Shown here one piece after another: positions 1 through 9,134 of a DNA stretch of 20,033 nt. The notes under the pieces were generated by a model. The model saw nothing but the letters and a program-made list of their open reading frames with translations. It did no database searches and had not been told where the DNA came from. Each line of letters opens with the position of its first letter. Positions within the stretch are counted from its first letter, which is position 1. This DNA is from Candidatus Hodarchaeota archaeon (GTDB lineage Archaea > Asgardarchaeota > Heimdallarchaeia > Hodarchaeales > Hodarchaeaceae). The position numbers and the translations under genes were made by a program. The stretch is taken from contig JAEOTM010000055.1 of NCBI GenBank assembly GCA_016839815.1, positions 1 through 20,033 of the forward strand, given 5' to 3'.

Positions 1-2
1 CA

Positions 3-1400
3 TGGGATAAGCTCAAAGATCGTAATCAACTTTGGGTTGCCTTGAAAGTAGCTAATCGATTAGAGAATATTGATGATAAAGCTGCAGGTGAGGCATACAT
101 TCTGTCTGGATTAATATTTCAATCCTCCAATAATTTTCAAGATGCACAAAGCGTATTTAAACAGGCCAGTGAAGCTTTCTCCAGAGCACATGAATTTCAA
201 AAATCAGGTCAGGCGTTTTCTCACGCAGGTAAGATGGCCTATCAATTAGGTAATAGTGATCAAGCAATTGAATTATTTCAGAGGGGTACTGCTTGGATAA
301 AAGATACAATCTCTCAAGCTTCGCTGCAATATGATATGGCATTAGTATATCAAGATCTAGAACGCTTTGAAGAAGCTAATGGATGTTTTGAAAAAGCAAT
401 AAGGTTGATAGAAGAAACGGACAATCAGCTTACAGCAAAATACACATCAACATATGCAAGTAAATTAATGCTCCAAGCAGAGAAGGAGCGCGAAGAAAAT
501 CCGACATATGCTCTCGGATTGACACGGAAATCAGCTGAACAAAGAATAAAAGCTGCTGAATTTCTGGAAAAAACTGATGAGGGGCTTGAAGATGCAGCTA
601 CTTCATTAGTACTTGCTGCAAAAATCTATTTCTATTTAGAAAATGAAAAAAAGGGAATAACTCTAGTACAGGAAGCTTCCTCACTTTTCAAACAAGGGGA
701 GAATTTACATTCCGCTATCAAAACCTTATATGACGGATCTCAAACAGTAAAAGATGTAAACTCTAAGTTATTGCTATTAAAAAGCGTGATATCTTCTATT
801 CCCGAAAATATCGAAGATTTAAAAACTGAAAGACTACTAGGATTAATCTATTATGAAATAGGACGAATCGAATTAGACCAGAACCATTATACAGAGGCAA
901 AAAATTACCTTAACCTTTCAAAAAGGCTGTTACAGAAAGCAAAAGCGTCAACGGCTGAAATTATTCCTCTATTTATTCTAAAAGCAAATATCGCTTTCAA
1001 CTTTGAAAACTTTGAAGAGGCTGCGGGGAATTTTTATAATGCTTATGAGCTCTTGTCAGAGATGCAAGAGAATCCCACAATTTTAAATCAAAAAAATCGG
1101 TGTTTAACAAACGCCTTAATTAGTTGGAGACGATGTAGTACAATATACCATAATGCTGGTTTAGTTTCATTAATGAACGAAAAAGAGAGGGAAGCAATTG
1201 AGTTTTTCACACGATCAGCAGCGATTTTAATAGGGTGGGCTGAAAATAATGAAATAGACCCCCAAGATGAAATTCAAAAAGTTCTGACTAATCGAATTCA
1301 AAAATTGACCTTGAAAAATGAATTATTTCTTCTTGCGGAGTCCAAACATGAGATAGAAGCAATAATATCTGACCTTTCTGCTTTAATCGATATGAATTAA
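3..1400 (+). CDS. TPR-repeat helical solenoid protein, alpha-SNAP-like repeats (5'-truncated)
   Basis: Frame is open from base 3 (WDKLKDRNQLWVAL-KVANRL...), so the TTG at 42 is not the true start. Repeated TPR-type helix pairs: AAGEAYILSGLIF..NNFQDAQSVFKQA, MALVYQDLERFEEANGCFEKAI, IYYEIGRIELDQNHYTEAKNYLNLS. Confidence 0.8.
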   Translation, partial: WDKLKDRNQLWVALKVANRLENIDDKAAGEAYILSGLIFQSSNNFQDAQSVFKQASEAFSRAHEFQKSGQAFSHAGKMAYQLGNSDQAIELFQRGTAWIKDTISQASLQYDMALVYQDLERFEEANGCFEKAIRLIEETDNQLTAKYTSTYASKLMLQAEKEREENPTYALGLTRKSAEQRIKAAEFLEKTDEGLEDAATSLVLAAKIYFYLENEKKGITLVQEASSLFKQGENLHSAIKTLYDGSQTVKDVNSKLLLLKSVISSIPENIEDLKTERLLGLIYYEIGRIELDQNHYTEAKNYLNLSKRLLQKAKASTAEIIPLFILKANIAFNFENFEEAAGNFYNAYELLSEMQENPTILNQKNRCLTNALISWRRCSTIYHNAGLVSLMNEKEREAIEFFTRSAAILIGWAENNEIDPQDEIQKVLTNRIQKLTLKNELFLLAESKHEIEAIISDLSALIDMN

Positions 1401-1430
1401 CCTTTATGATTGGAAAAAGAATACGGGAAA

Positions 1431-3662
1431 CTAATCAATGAACTTCAAACGAATTTGGTTAAGTAAATCATTACGTTTCTGAAGTAATCTTGTCTTTTTA
1501 TGCTCAAGCCGTTTCACAATTTCTTCATGCTTCGTATCGGAAACCTCATCATTAAGGAATTTCTCATCAGCTTTTTCTAGGGAATCTTCTACTTGAGTTA
1601 ATTCGTCATCTAAAGATAGAAGATCGGGATGATCAACAGGAATTCCTTCGTCATTATAATTGTACTTTGTTGATGTATCTACAGGCTTTTTTTCTCCTTT
1701 TGGTTCGGTTTCCTGTCCAAGAGTAATTGTCTTAGAAAACACCTTAGGAGCTATTATTTCCTTGGATGATGAGGGTTCTTTCTTAGTTTTTTTTCTTTTT
1801 CGTCTTGCTTTGACGTCTTGGTCACTTATATATTCAGTATCACCAATCAAGAGACCCTCATGTTTTCCCTCAGAGCTTGTTAACAAGAAATTCGGCATTT
1901 CACCAGAAAATAATGATTCGACGTGTTCAGTAAAAAGTTTATCAAACCGGTCTTGTGCCCTCATTATTTCTTTACGGGCTTCTTCTAGATCTATTTTCTC
2001 TCCTTCTTGAATACGAATTCCAAATACTTTGACAATCTCTCCAGAAGGAGTCTCTAATACAGATACAAATGGCGTTTGTACAAATGAATAATCTGGAGTA
2101 TCTAAAACGGTAACTAACCCTCCTAGAATTTTCACGTATTCCCCAACACCTTTGATTTCCACAACCTGAACTACTCCTCCTAATACTTGGACGAGGTTTA
2201 TTCCAAGTTTTTCAAATACAAAAATCCCAGGTAATCTTACCAGTGTATAATCTTTTGTCTCAGTTATTGTATATTTAGAAGGTGCAGTGTCAAATACTGA
2301 GGAAAATAACCCTTCTGGACCTTTCCATTTTTTTAAGTCTGAAATGGCTCGTTTAGCATTGTTAAACAAATCAGTTGTTGATTCAAGTCCTGCAACGACC
2401 AATTCATTTTGGGTTAAATCATCGACATTCTTTGATTCAAGATGGAGTTTCATCTGCTCCCATTCTTCAGGTGGAACCCAAATAGTAGTTGTACCATCAA
2501 CTTCTTTTGTAGATATTTCCTGTTCTTCCGACTCTGTTTTTACTTCTGATTTTCCCATTAATACTAGGGTTGTTCCCTTCTCTGTGACTGTTGGAACAGC
2601 GATCGATCCCTTTTTAGCTGAAATAGAGGTTTTTCCTTTGCTAACGATTTTCATATCATCTGTTGGAATCGTGAATACTCGTTCAGGCCGTTCAAAGGAG
2701 GTTTCTTGAATGGTACTAGCCAGTTCATTGATTTTACTTCCAACCTGACTATTAGGATCAACAATCTTTCCTGTTAATGAATTTAAAACAGAATTCAGTC
2801 CATTAGTTCTTTTTCTCTGTGGTGTCAATAAAAGTAAAACTCCAATTATTAATAGGAAGAATGCTAAGTATTGGATGACTTCTTGCCTATTGATAATCCA
2901 CCCTAACCACAAAAATGCTACTAAAATGAGAGAAGATGATAAAAATCCATCACGTACTCGTTCTACTCTACTTTTTAGCGCAAAATTTTGACTAAGAAGA
3001 GTATTTATTGATATATCGTGTCTAGGTGTAGTACCTGGGATAATAATTCCAATAATATTTATCATAAGAGCAATAAGCAGTAGTAATTCTAGTTCAAATG
3101 AAATATTCTCTGGAATTATGAAGATTGATAATCCTTTTAGAATGAAAATTATGAGAGTAGCTAGCCAAAAACCACGGAATACTTCACCAAGGTAATAAAA
3201 ATATCCAAACTGTAATTTCTTGAGATCAAATCTATTCCAAATTATAGCCAATGGAACTAGAAGACAAGCCATTAAATTCTCAAATTCAAAATATGTCAAA
3301 TCGGGAAAAATATCCTCCCAGAATTCAAAAGTGCCTGCTCCTGCGGAAAAGAGATCAATGATTAGATATCCAATGAGAATTTTCATTGCTCTATTTAGAG
3401 GGGACGGAATATCCCTCTCATCGCTTGAAAAATACTTAGAAATGGGAATCACAAAAAATAATACAAGAAGAAGACCAAATAAAGTTGCTCGTATAGCTGA
3501 ATCACCAGTAAATACGACAGAAATAACACACCAGAAGATGAGTATAAGAGTGAAAAGATAATCAAGGGGTGTCTTTGGACGAAGAAATTCTTCGGTTTGA
3601 TCGAGTGCAAAGCTCTCTAAAGAGCCATATTTTTGTACTTTCTGAAGGTTTTCCATAAACAA
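1431..3662 (-). CDS. Uncharacterised polytopic membrane protein (about 8 TM), with a beta-hairpin repeat region and a C-terminal coiled-coil/SHOCT-like end
   Basis: 743-aa ORF. Hydrophobic segments across aa ~35-280, a Val/Gly-rich repeat at aa ~465-555, and FLNDEVSDTKHEEIVKRL near the C-terminus. Start is TTG 3662 or ATG 3656. Confidence 0.75.
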   Translation of the reverse strand: MFMENLQKVQKYGSLESFALDQTEEFLRPKTPLDYLFTLILIFWCVISVVFTGDSAIRATLFGLLLVLFFVIPISKYFSSDERDIPSPLNRAMKILIGYLIIDLFSAGAGTFEFWEDIFPDLTYFEFENLMACLLVPLAIIWNRFDLKKLQFGYFYYLGEVFRGFWLATLIIFILKGLSIFIIPENISFELELLLLIALMINIIGIIIPGTTPRHDISINTLLSQNFALKSRVERVRDGFLSSSLILVAFLWLGWIINRQEVIQYLAFFLLIIGVLLLLTPQRKRTNGLNSVLNSLTGKIVDPNSQVGSKINELASTIQETSFERPERVFTIPTDDMKIVSKGKTSISAKKGSIAVPTVTEKGTTLVLMGKSEVKTESEEQEISTKEVDGTTTIWVPPEEWEQMKLHLESKNVDDLTQNELVVAGLESTTDLFNNAKRAISDLKKWKGPEGLFSSVFDTAPSKYTITETKDYTLVRLPGIFVFEKLGINLVQVLGGVVQVVEIKGVGEYVKILGGLVTVLDTPDYSFVQTPFVSVLETPSGEIVKVFGIRIQEGEKIDLEEARKEIMRAQDRFDKLFTEHVESLFSGEMPNFLLTSSEGKHEGLLIGDTEYISDQDVKARRKRKKTKKEPSSSKEIIAPKVFSKTITLGQETEPKGEKKPVDTSTKYNYNDEGIPVDHPDLLSLDDELTQVEDSLEKADEKFLNDEVSDTKHEEIVKRLEHKKTRLLQKRNDLLNQIRLKFID
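2001..2272 (-). repeat. Protein-level tandem repeat, about 5 units of 16-19 aa
   Basis: DYTLVRLPGIFVFEK / LGINLVQVLGGVVQVVEIK / GVGEYVKILGGLVTVLDTP / DYSFVQTPFVSVLETP / SGEIVKVFGIRIQEG. Confidence 0.65.
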
Positions 3663-3905
3663 ACGCTATCCTTGTTTATTTCTTGAATTTCTTGATAATT
3701 CAACTAATACTAAGCGGAATATTTAATTTTAAAATATCTTTCTTGTTTCTATAAGGAGAGTGGGTCAAAATGTATTTCTGAGATTATTGATAGAAACTTT
3801 TGAAAACTATGATGGTGACTTACATTTTTATTTATATCACTTACACTTTAGGTAATCACTTGGTAGAATCGAAAATAAGACTTTTTCCTCCCACATCCCA
3901 ATCAA

Positions 3906-6900
3906 TTATTCAGTCACTTTCGAATCTTGACAATAAACACACCCATCTCCTTCAACTTCTGCAATAGTAATGATTGTACCACACTGACTACATACCAGTT
4001 CATCTTCGGAGAGGGAATCAACTTGCGAATATGACGACTCATCTTTCATAGTACGACCATTAGAATACAGATCAGATTTCTCTAATTCCTCAATTTCTTC
4101 AGTTGATACAAGAGTTGTTTTCTGACCAATTGGTTGTGTTTTTGGAGTCTTAAAAGGATCTGGTTTCTTTATATTATGATCGATTTTTTGAAATTCTTGG
4201 GATTTAACTTCTTTTTCATTTTTTTTCCTGTGAGCTTTTTTTCTTGATTTTTGCTTTTTTGGGAAATTAAAAATAGTATCAAGCGATTGGGTTTTCTGTT
4301 TGTATTTCTTCTTCTTTGATTTTTGAAAATTTGTCTTTGTTATTAAATGAACAGGTCTAGGAGCTTTTATCCGATTTTCTGGCTTCGGAGGATCTGTATT
4401 TGATTCGGAAACCATATCTATTTTAGTCTCCAATTCTTTTACTCTTTCTGCATCCTCAATTTCTTGGATATTGAGTGTGGGTTGAGATTCCGATTTGATC
4501 TGTTGATTTTTCATTGGAAACTGAATCATTCGATCGAAAATCCTTCCTGAATCGTAAATATCGTTCAAGTACTGCTTTGTATCGATCAATTGCTTAATAT
4601 CTTCAATGGAGGTTAATTCATTCAGCATAAAGCTTAATGTACAAATTCCATGTTTTATAAAAACAGATTTTACCTTTTCAAAATTAAAATCAAATGCTTG
4701 AGCTGGTATAACATGATTCCCTTTGATATTAATCATCTGGATGCGGATACCCGGATCTATAGAATAGCCAAGATCCTGGAGGATGTAAGCAGCAGTGACT
4801 TGAGGGAGTTTCGATCTATACTCTCTTAATTCTTTATTGATCGCCTTCGGTTTTACATAATAGGAAGGATCTAATTTTCCCTCCAAAACTTCATTTCTTA
4901 TTCTATCTGAGGCTTTGTATGCATTTTGATATATCTGGTCTAGCATAATTGGATTTTCTGGATCAAATTGTTCTAAATAAGCCTTTATAATCTCCTCTTG
5001 AAAATGTTTTTGCAGTTTTGAGAAATCTGCTCTCTTTGATTCTAACCCCGTAATCTCTTCTTCCTCCCATTTATTGTTCTGACTAATATGATTGTAAACG
5101 ATATATTTCTTCTTTCCCATGACAAATTGGAAGTCATAGGGACCATCTTGTTCAAATTGAATTAAGCTCTTACTTGTCTGCTTGATTGAGACTCCATCAT
5201 TCATCCAATAGTTATCATTTATGAATCCAGCCTTGAGGACTTTTTCATTCAAGATTTTATCTATTAAACTTACGCGAAAATCCAATTTTTGATCTAATTC
5301 AGAAGGATTACTCAATGTAACTTTGAAATCTAAAGGGAATTGCTTTGGAACCCACATCCATACTCCATCAGTGTCTAATTCTGTCACCGTGCCAATTGTC
5401 TCTAATTGATTAGCGGCCCAGTGAATTAGATCAGCAGATAATTTGGTGGTGATACCAGCACACGGTGTACTGGCATTTCTCACACCTGCACGCATTCCTA
5501 GTAGTCCATAAATGGAATTTAAAGGTACCTTCATTCCTAACTGAGTACTATCATGGAATTTTTGTTGTCGAAGCATATTTGGAGGAATTGGTTGTTTCGA
5601 TATTGTTTTTTGCTTTATAACTTGCTTCAATCTCTGTGCTTCAAACTTATGTCTGACTCGTGTGTTGAAAAACTCATCCATTATACGTGCAACAAAATTA
5701 AATGCTTTCTGGCATACTCGTGATTGTACAGATATCAATAGTGTGATTTTCTTTGTTCTAACATCAATGCTAAGATATGTGTTCTTGGGGAGGTGAAAGT
5801 CTTCGGGCTGATCTTCAAAAATATCGAAATGATTTCTGTCTAAATGACATCCAAGTTGAGTAGCCTCAACAGTTTGTTCTAACCAGTCCTTAATCCTAGT
5901 ATAGGGGTCAAAAGAGGTTATATTTTTTCCTAAATACGATTTATTCAATGGAATTTTTACAAGACCTGATTTCTTTCTTAACCGATAAGCTTGAGTCTGA
6001 CCTTCTGAAAAAGAAAAGATTTCCTGAATTCGACCTTTAGTTGCTACTTCAGGCTCATATTCTTTACAAGAAGATTGATTCTTTGTTGTACATATTGAAG
6101 GGTCGCATTTTGAGGATCCCTTTATTCTATGTTTACAGGGTCGACGAGCTGTTAGTTTGATTACCCAATCACCTTCAAAAAAGCACGTGTTATCCTTCTC
6201 CCTGTATTCACAGAGTTTACATTTGGATAATGGTACTATCCCTGAAGGTTGAAGTTTATACTGACGAATTTGAGATGGGTACATTGATGTAACATCTACA
6301 TGAACTCCTCTCATCTGGACGGGACCCTTCGATTTAATTAATCCGTCAATTTTCTTGAGTGTATCTTTTACGACGTTATCTACACCCTCAACATGAATGT
6401 TAGAAAGATCCTCAAGAATTTCACGTAGATTATTATTTTTTTCCTCAAAAAGTGATGAAGAAACCCCATTCTGCTTTAAAGCTGAATAAAAGTTTTTATA
6501 CAAAAGTTCAAGATCATCGGTATAAGAAATCGACAAATCACCAAATTTTTCAAGAATTTTCCTATCAAATTGGTTTTTCATTTCCCTTTTTGCGATTTCT
6601 TTACTATTTTTCTTAATAATTTGATCTATAAGTGATTTAATTTCATTTAGAGCTTCTTTGTCAGGTTTAAACTCTGTGTAAATATCACTTCGAAATATTC
6701 CAGAATGTCTCGCTTCAACTAGACCTCCTGTATATGCAAAAGAGTCAATCATAATATTAGGTGAAAACGAGTCAATATGCTTTTGCTCAATCCTTCGCTT
6801 TCCAACTATATTATATTGATGATCTTCAGCATCAATGAGTAAATCATCTAGTGAACCTGCACGACGAGTTAAAAGTTCTGATGATGGAACAGGAAACATC

Positions 6901-8312
6901 TGTCCTAACGAAATAAAGAAGTCCAACACGATTTCTTTCACATAACGATATGTAATATATCCATCACAAGCGGCATATCCCACCGCGTCTACTGGACTTT
7001 CTTCAATCGCAAAAAGGGCTTCTCTTCCGATTGGAATTATTTTTAACTTCTTTTCTACGCTAGGCTTTAGGCCTAAATCCTTTTTCGGTAAATAACTATA
7101 CTTTTCGTTAAATAAAAAGGCGTCGAGATGAATAACTCCCCCACCTGTAACAGAATCAATACTAGCAGGTGAATAATTTTTTTTTAGATCGATTTCTTCA
7201 TTGTCATTGCCATTTGATCTACGTTTGAATTTAATCCGAAAACCAGTTCTTCTTTCAAATGAAATATTATATAGAGAAGAGCGAACTGCTAAAAATGGAA
7301 TATCGAACCTATCACCAAAGAAATCAGCCATTACATCAGGTTGATAATCTTCTATAATCTCATAAAATCGATTCAAAAGCTGTCTTTCAGTCTGGAATAT
7401 TTGCACATCTACTGGAATGCGATCAAGAATTAAAGATGAGGGAATATCTGCATCAGTTTTGCACCAATCAACCCAGGGTTTTGAATGATCCTCATCTTTC
7501 TGTTTTAATACAATATCTATACCTGAAACATCCGTCGTTTCAACAACATCATCGTTAATGATCAGATGATTAATCTCTCCAGTAAACAGAGAGATCATTG
7601 AAATTGCATCACGATTTGGATTTGGTTCTCTAGTTTGATCAAAGACTGTTTCAATATCATAAGCAAGAATACGAAGGTCAGGGGGAGCTTTATTTCGTAA
7701 AATACTTATTTGGTGAATTTCCCCTCCACTAATATCAGCTTGATACCAAGAACCCACCCTGATATTATGATCAATAGCAACTCTATGATTATAAAGAACA
7801 TCAGCCTCTCTCCATTCAATAACACCTCTGATTTGCTCACATTGGGATCTTAAACTAGGAACAGATCTTGGATGATCAACGGTAACTTTAAGAAAATCCT
7901 TAGTTATTAGAAAGGTTAGATCAGCAGCATCACGGCATACTTCTTTAGATACCGTAACTACTCTATTTTCCCCCACCTCTTGAATCCTAGCAATCATTCG
8001 ATTTATTTGATTAGCAGAGAGATCAGGAGCTATTAGTAAATAAAAATAGGGAGCATGTCTTAAAAATGCACTTCGCTTATTATGTTCCTCATCTATAAAA
8101 TATACCCTAACTCCATTGATAGTTTTTTTACTACTGCCCGAATTGAAATTATCGTCTGAATTAAAAGAGGGTTCGTAAGCTTCCTCTGTTCTACTAGTAG
8201 CTTCGTAGTCTAAAATAAAAATTGGCTGATTTATCTGCTGATTATATAGATAGGGCTGGAACCAAGAACGATAACCCTGACTTATTCTGCGATCTTGTCC
8301 TGAACTAGCCAT
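3906..8312 (-). CDS. polB: Family B DNA polymerase, eukaryotic Pol epsilon catalytic-half-like, with 3'-5' exonuclease
   Basis: ExoI LAYDIET (D219/E221), ExoII FFGDRFDIPF, SYLP..LGLK, ExoIII YAACD, YTGGLVEARHSGIFRSDI, motif A HVDVTSMYP, motif B QLGMKVPLNSIYG, motif C ELDTDGVW, FEQDGPY, KKKY, ITGLESKR. These track Pol2/POLE (YVGGHVEALESGVFRSDI, ELDTDGIW, FEVDGPY). Confidence 0.95.
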   Translation of the reverse strand: MASSGQDRRISQGYRSWFQPYLYNQQINQPIFILDYEATSRTEEAYEPSFNSDDNFNSGSSKKTINGVRVYFIDEEHNKRSAFLRHAPYFYLLIAPDLSANQINRMIARIQEVGENRVVTVSKEVCRDAADLTFLITKDFLKVTVDHPRSVPSLRSQCEQIRGVIEWREADVLYNHRVAIDHNIRVGSWYQADISGGEIHQISILRNKAPPDLRILAYDIETVFDQTREPNPNRDAISMISLFTGEINHLIINDDVVETTDVSGIDIVLKQKDEDHSKPWVDWCKTDADIPSSLILDRIPVDVQIFQTERQLLNRFYEIIEDYQPDVMADFFGDRFDIPFLAVRSSLYNISFERRTGFRIKFKRRSNGNDNEEIDLKKNYSPASIDSVTGGGVIHLDAFLFNEKYSYLPKKDLGLKPSVEKKLKIIPIGREALFAIEESPVDAVGYAACDGYITYRYVKEIVLDFFISLGQMFPVPSSELLTRRAGSLDDLLIDAEDHQYNIVGKRRIEQKHIDSFSPNIMIDSFAYTGGLVEARHSGIFRSDIYTEFKPDKEALNEIKSLIDQIIKKNSKEIAKREMKNQFDRKILEKFGDLSISYTDDLELLYKNFYSALKQNGVSSSLFEEKNNNLREILEDLSNIHVEGVDNVVKDTLKKIDGLIKSKGPVQMRGVHVDVTSMYPSQIRQYKLQPSGIVPLSKCKLCEYREKDNTCFFEGDWVIKLTARRPCKHRIKGSSKCDPSICTTKNQSSCKEYEPEVATKGRIQEIFSFSEGQTQAYRLRKKSGLVKIPLNKSYLGKNITSFDPYTRIKDWLEQTVEATQLGCHLDRNHFDIFEDQPEDFHLPKNTYLSIDVRTKKITLLISVQSRVCQKAFNFVARIMDEFFNTRVRHKFEAQRLKQVIKQKTISKQPIPPNMLRQQKFHDSTQLGMKVPLNSIYGLLGMRAGVRNASTPCAGITTKLSADLIHWAANQLETIGTVTELDTDGVWMWVPKQFPLDFKVTLSNPSELDQKLDFRVSLIDKILNEKVLKAGFINDNYWMNDGVSIKQTSKSLIQFEQDGPYDFQFVMGKKKYIVYNHISQNNKWEEEEITGLESKRADFSKLQKHFQEEIIKAYLEQFDPENPIMLDQIYQNAYKASDRIRNEVLEGKLDPSYYVKPKAINKELREYRSKLPQVTAAYILQDLGYSIDPGIRIQMINIKGNHVIPAQAFDFNFEKVKSVFIKHGICTLSFMLNELTSIEDIKQLIDTKQYLNDIYDSGRIFDRMIQFPMKNQQIKSESQPTLNIQEIEDAERVKELETKIDMVSESNTDPPKPENRIKAPRPVHLITKTNFQKSKKKKYKQKTQSLDTIFNFPKKQKSRKKAHRKKNEKEVKSQEFQKIDHNIKKPDPFKTPKTQPIGQKTTLVSTEEIEELEKSDLYSNGRTMKDESSYSQVDSLSEDELVCSQCGTIITIAEVEGDGCVYCQDSKVTE

Positions 8313-8829
8313 AAAATCTACTCGGAGTTTTAAAACGGGAACGAATTCTTAAATCGAATTATGTATTTACTATCGAATTTTTGGATTTTTCTTCATCAGT
8401 GGCTCTGTATTTTTTAAATTCGGATCTCAGTTTTGCCTAAAGTTGATTCCGTTAATGAAATTATAATTTATGAAAATCCCCTTCATGGAAAACCGTAATT
8501 ACCCCTAAGTATACCTGATTTAAAAAAGTACTTACAGGCTTTTGTATATAAAAAGGCAATGTCTCAGTTTTATAAAGTCCTTATATGGATTTATAGATCT
8601 GTTAGGAAAACAAAGTGAGTATCTATCAGAAGATACCTTATGTCCTTTAATAAGAAAGACCATTTTAAGAAAGAGATTCGTCCTACAAACCAGAATGTTT
8701 TAAATAATCCATAGAGAATTTAAGTATAATTTCAAATATCTTGGATTATCACAAGACTTAGGTACAAAACTAGATTAACTCAAATATTTATTATAGAAAT
8801 ATCGTTATTCTAAAAGAGGTCTAGACTCT

Positions 8830-9090
8830 ATGCAACTTTCACGCTTAATAGAAAAATATCGTACAGAAATTCTTGGTTTTTTAGTAGCATTTATTTTGAT
8901 TATTGCTGGATTATACATCCCGAATTTTATTCCGGATCAAGTTGATAATCCTTCAGGATTTCAAGATACTACATGGATACGATCCTTGATTTCTTATTTA
9001 CTCATCGGGATGGGGTTTGTAAGTTTTGTTTGGCTGGTAATTATTCATCGGTTTATGGTTCATAAGAGTAAAAAGGATTATATGTATTGA
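8830..9090 (+). CDS. Small two-TM membrane protein, unknown function
   Basis: 86 aa, ATG start with AGAGGT upstream, two hydrophobic stretches (ILGFLVAFILIIAGLYI; LISYLLIGMGFVSFVWLVII) and a basic tail. Confidence 0.7.
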   Translation: MQLSRLIEKYRTEILGFLVAFILIIAGLYIPNFIPDQVDNPSGFQDTTWIRSLISYLLIGMGFVSFVWLVIIHRFMVHKSKKDYMY

Positions 9091-9134
9091 TAGTTCATTA
9101 AAATCCAGTATCTTTTAGAAGGATTGAAAAAAAT

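Noticed and set aside
5715-6137. Intein in the polymerase insertion
   Set aside because: No intein C-terminal HN-(C/S/T) motif and no LAGLIDADG motifs; the segment sits where the Pol epsilon P-domain is expected.
8470-8495. ORB-like element (minus strand GTTTTCCATGAAGGGG) suggesting a replication origin
   Set aside because: Single weak match, not repeated, and no cdc6/orc1 gene nearby.
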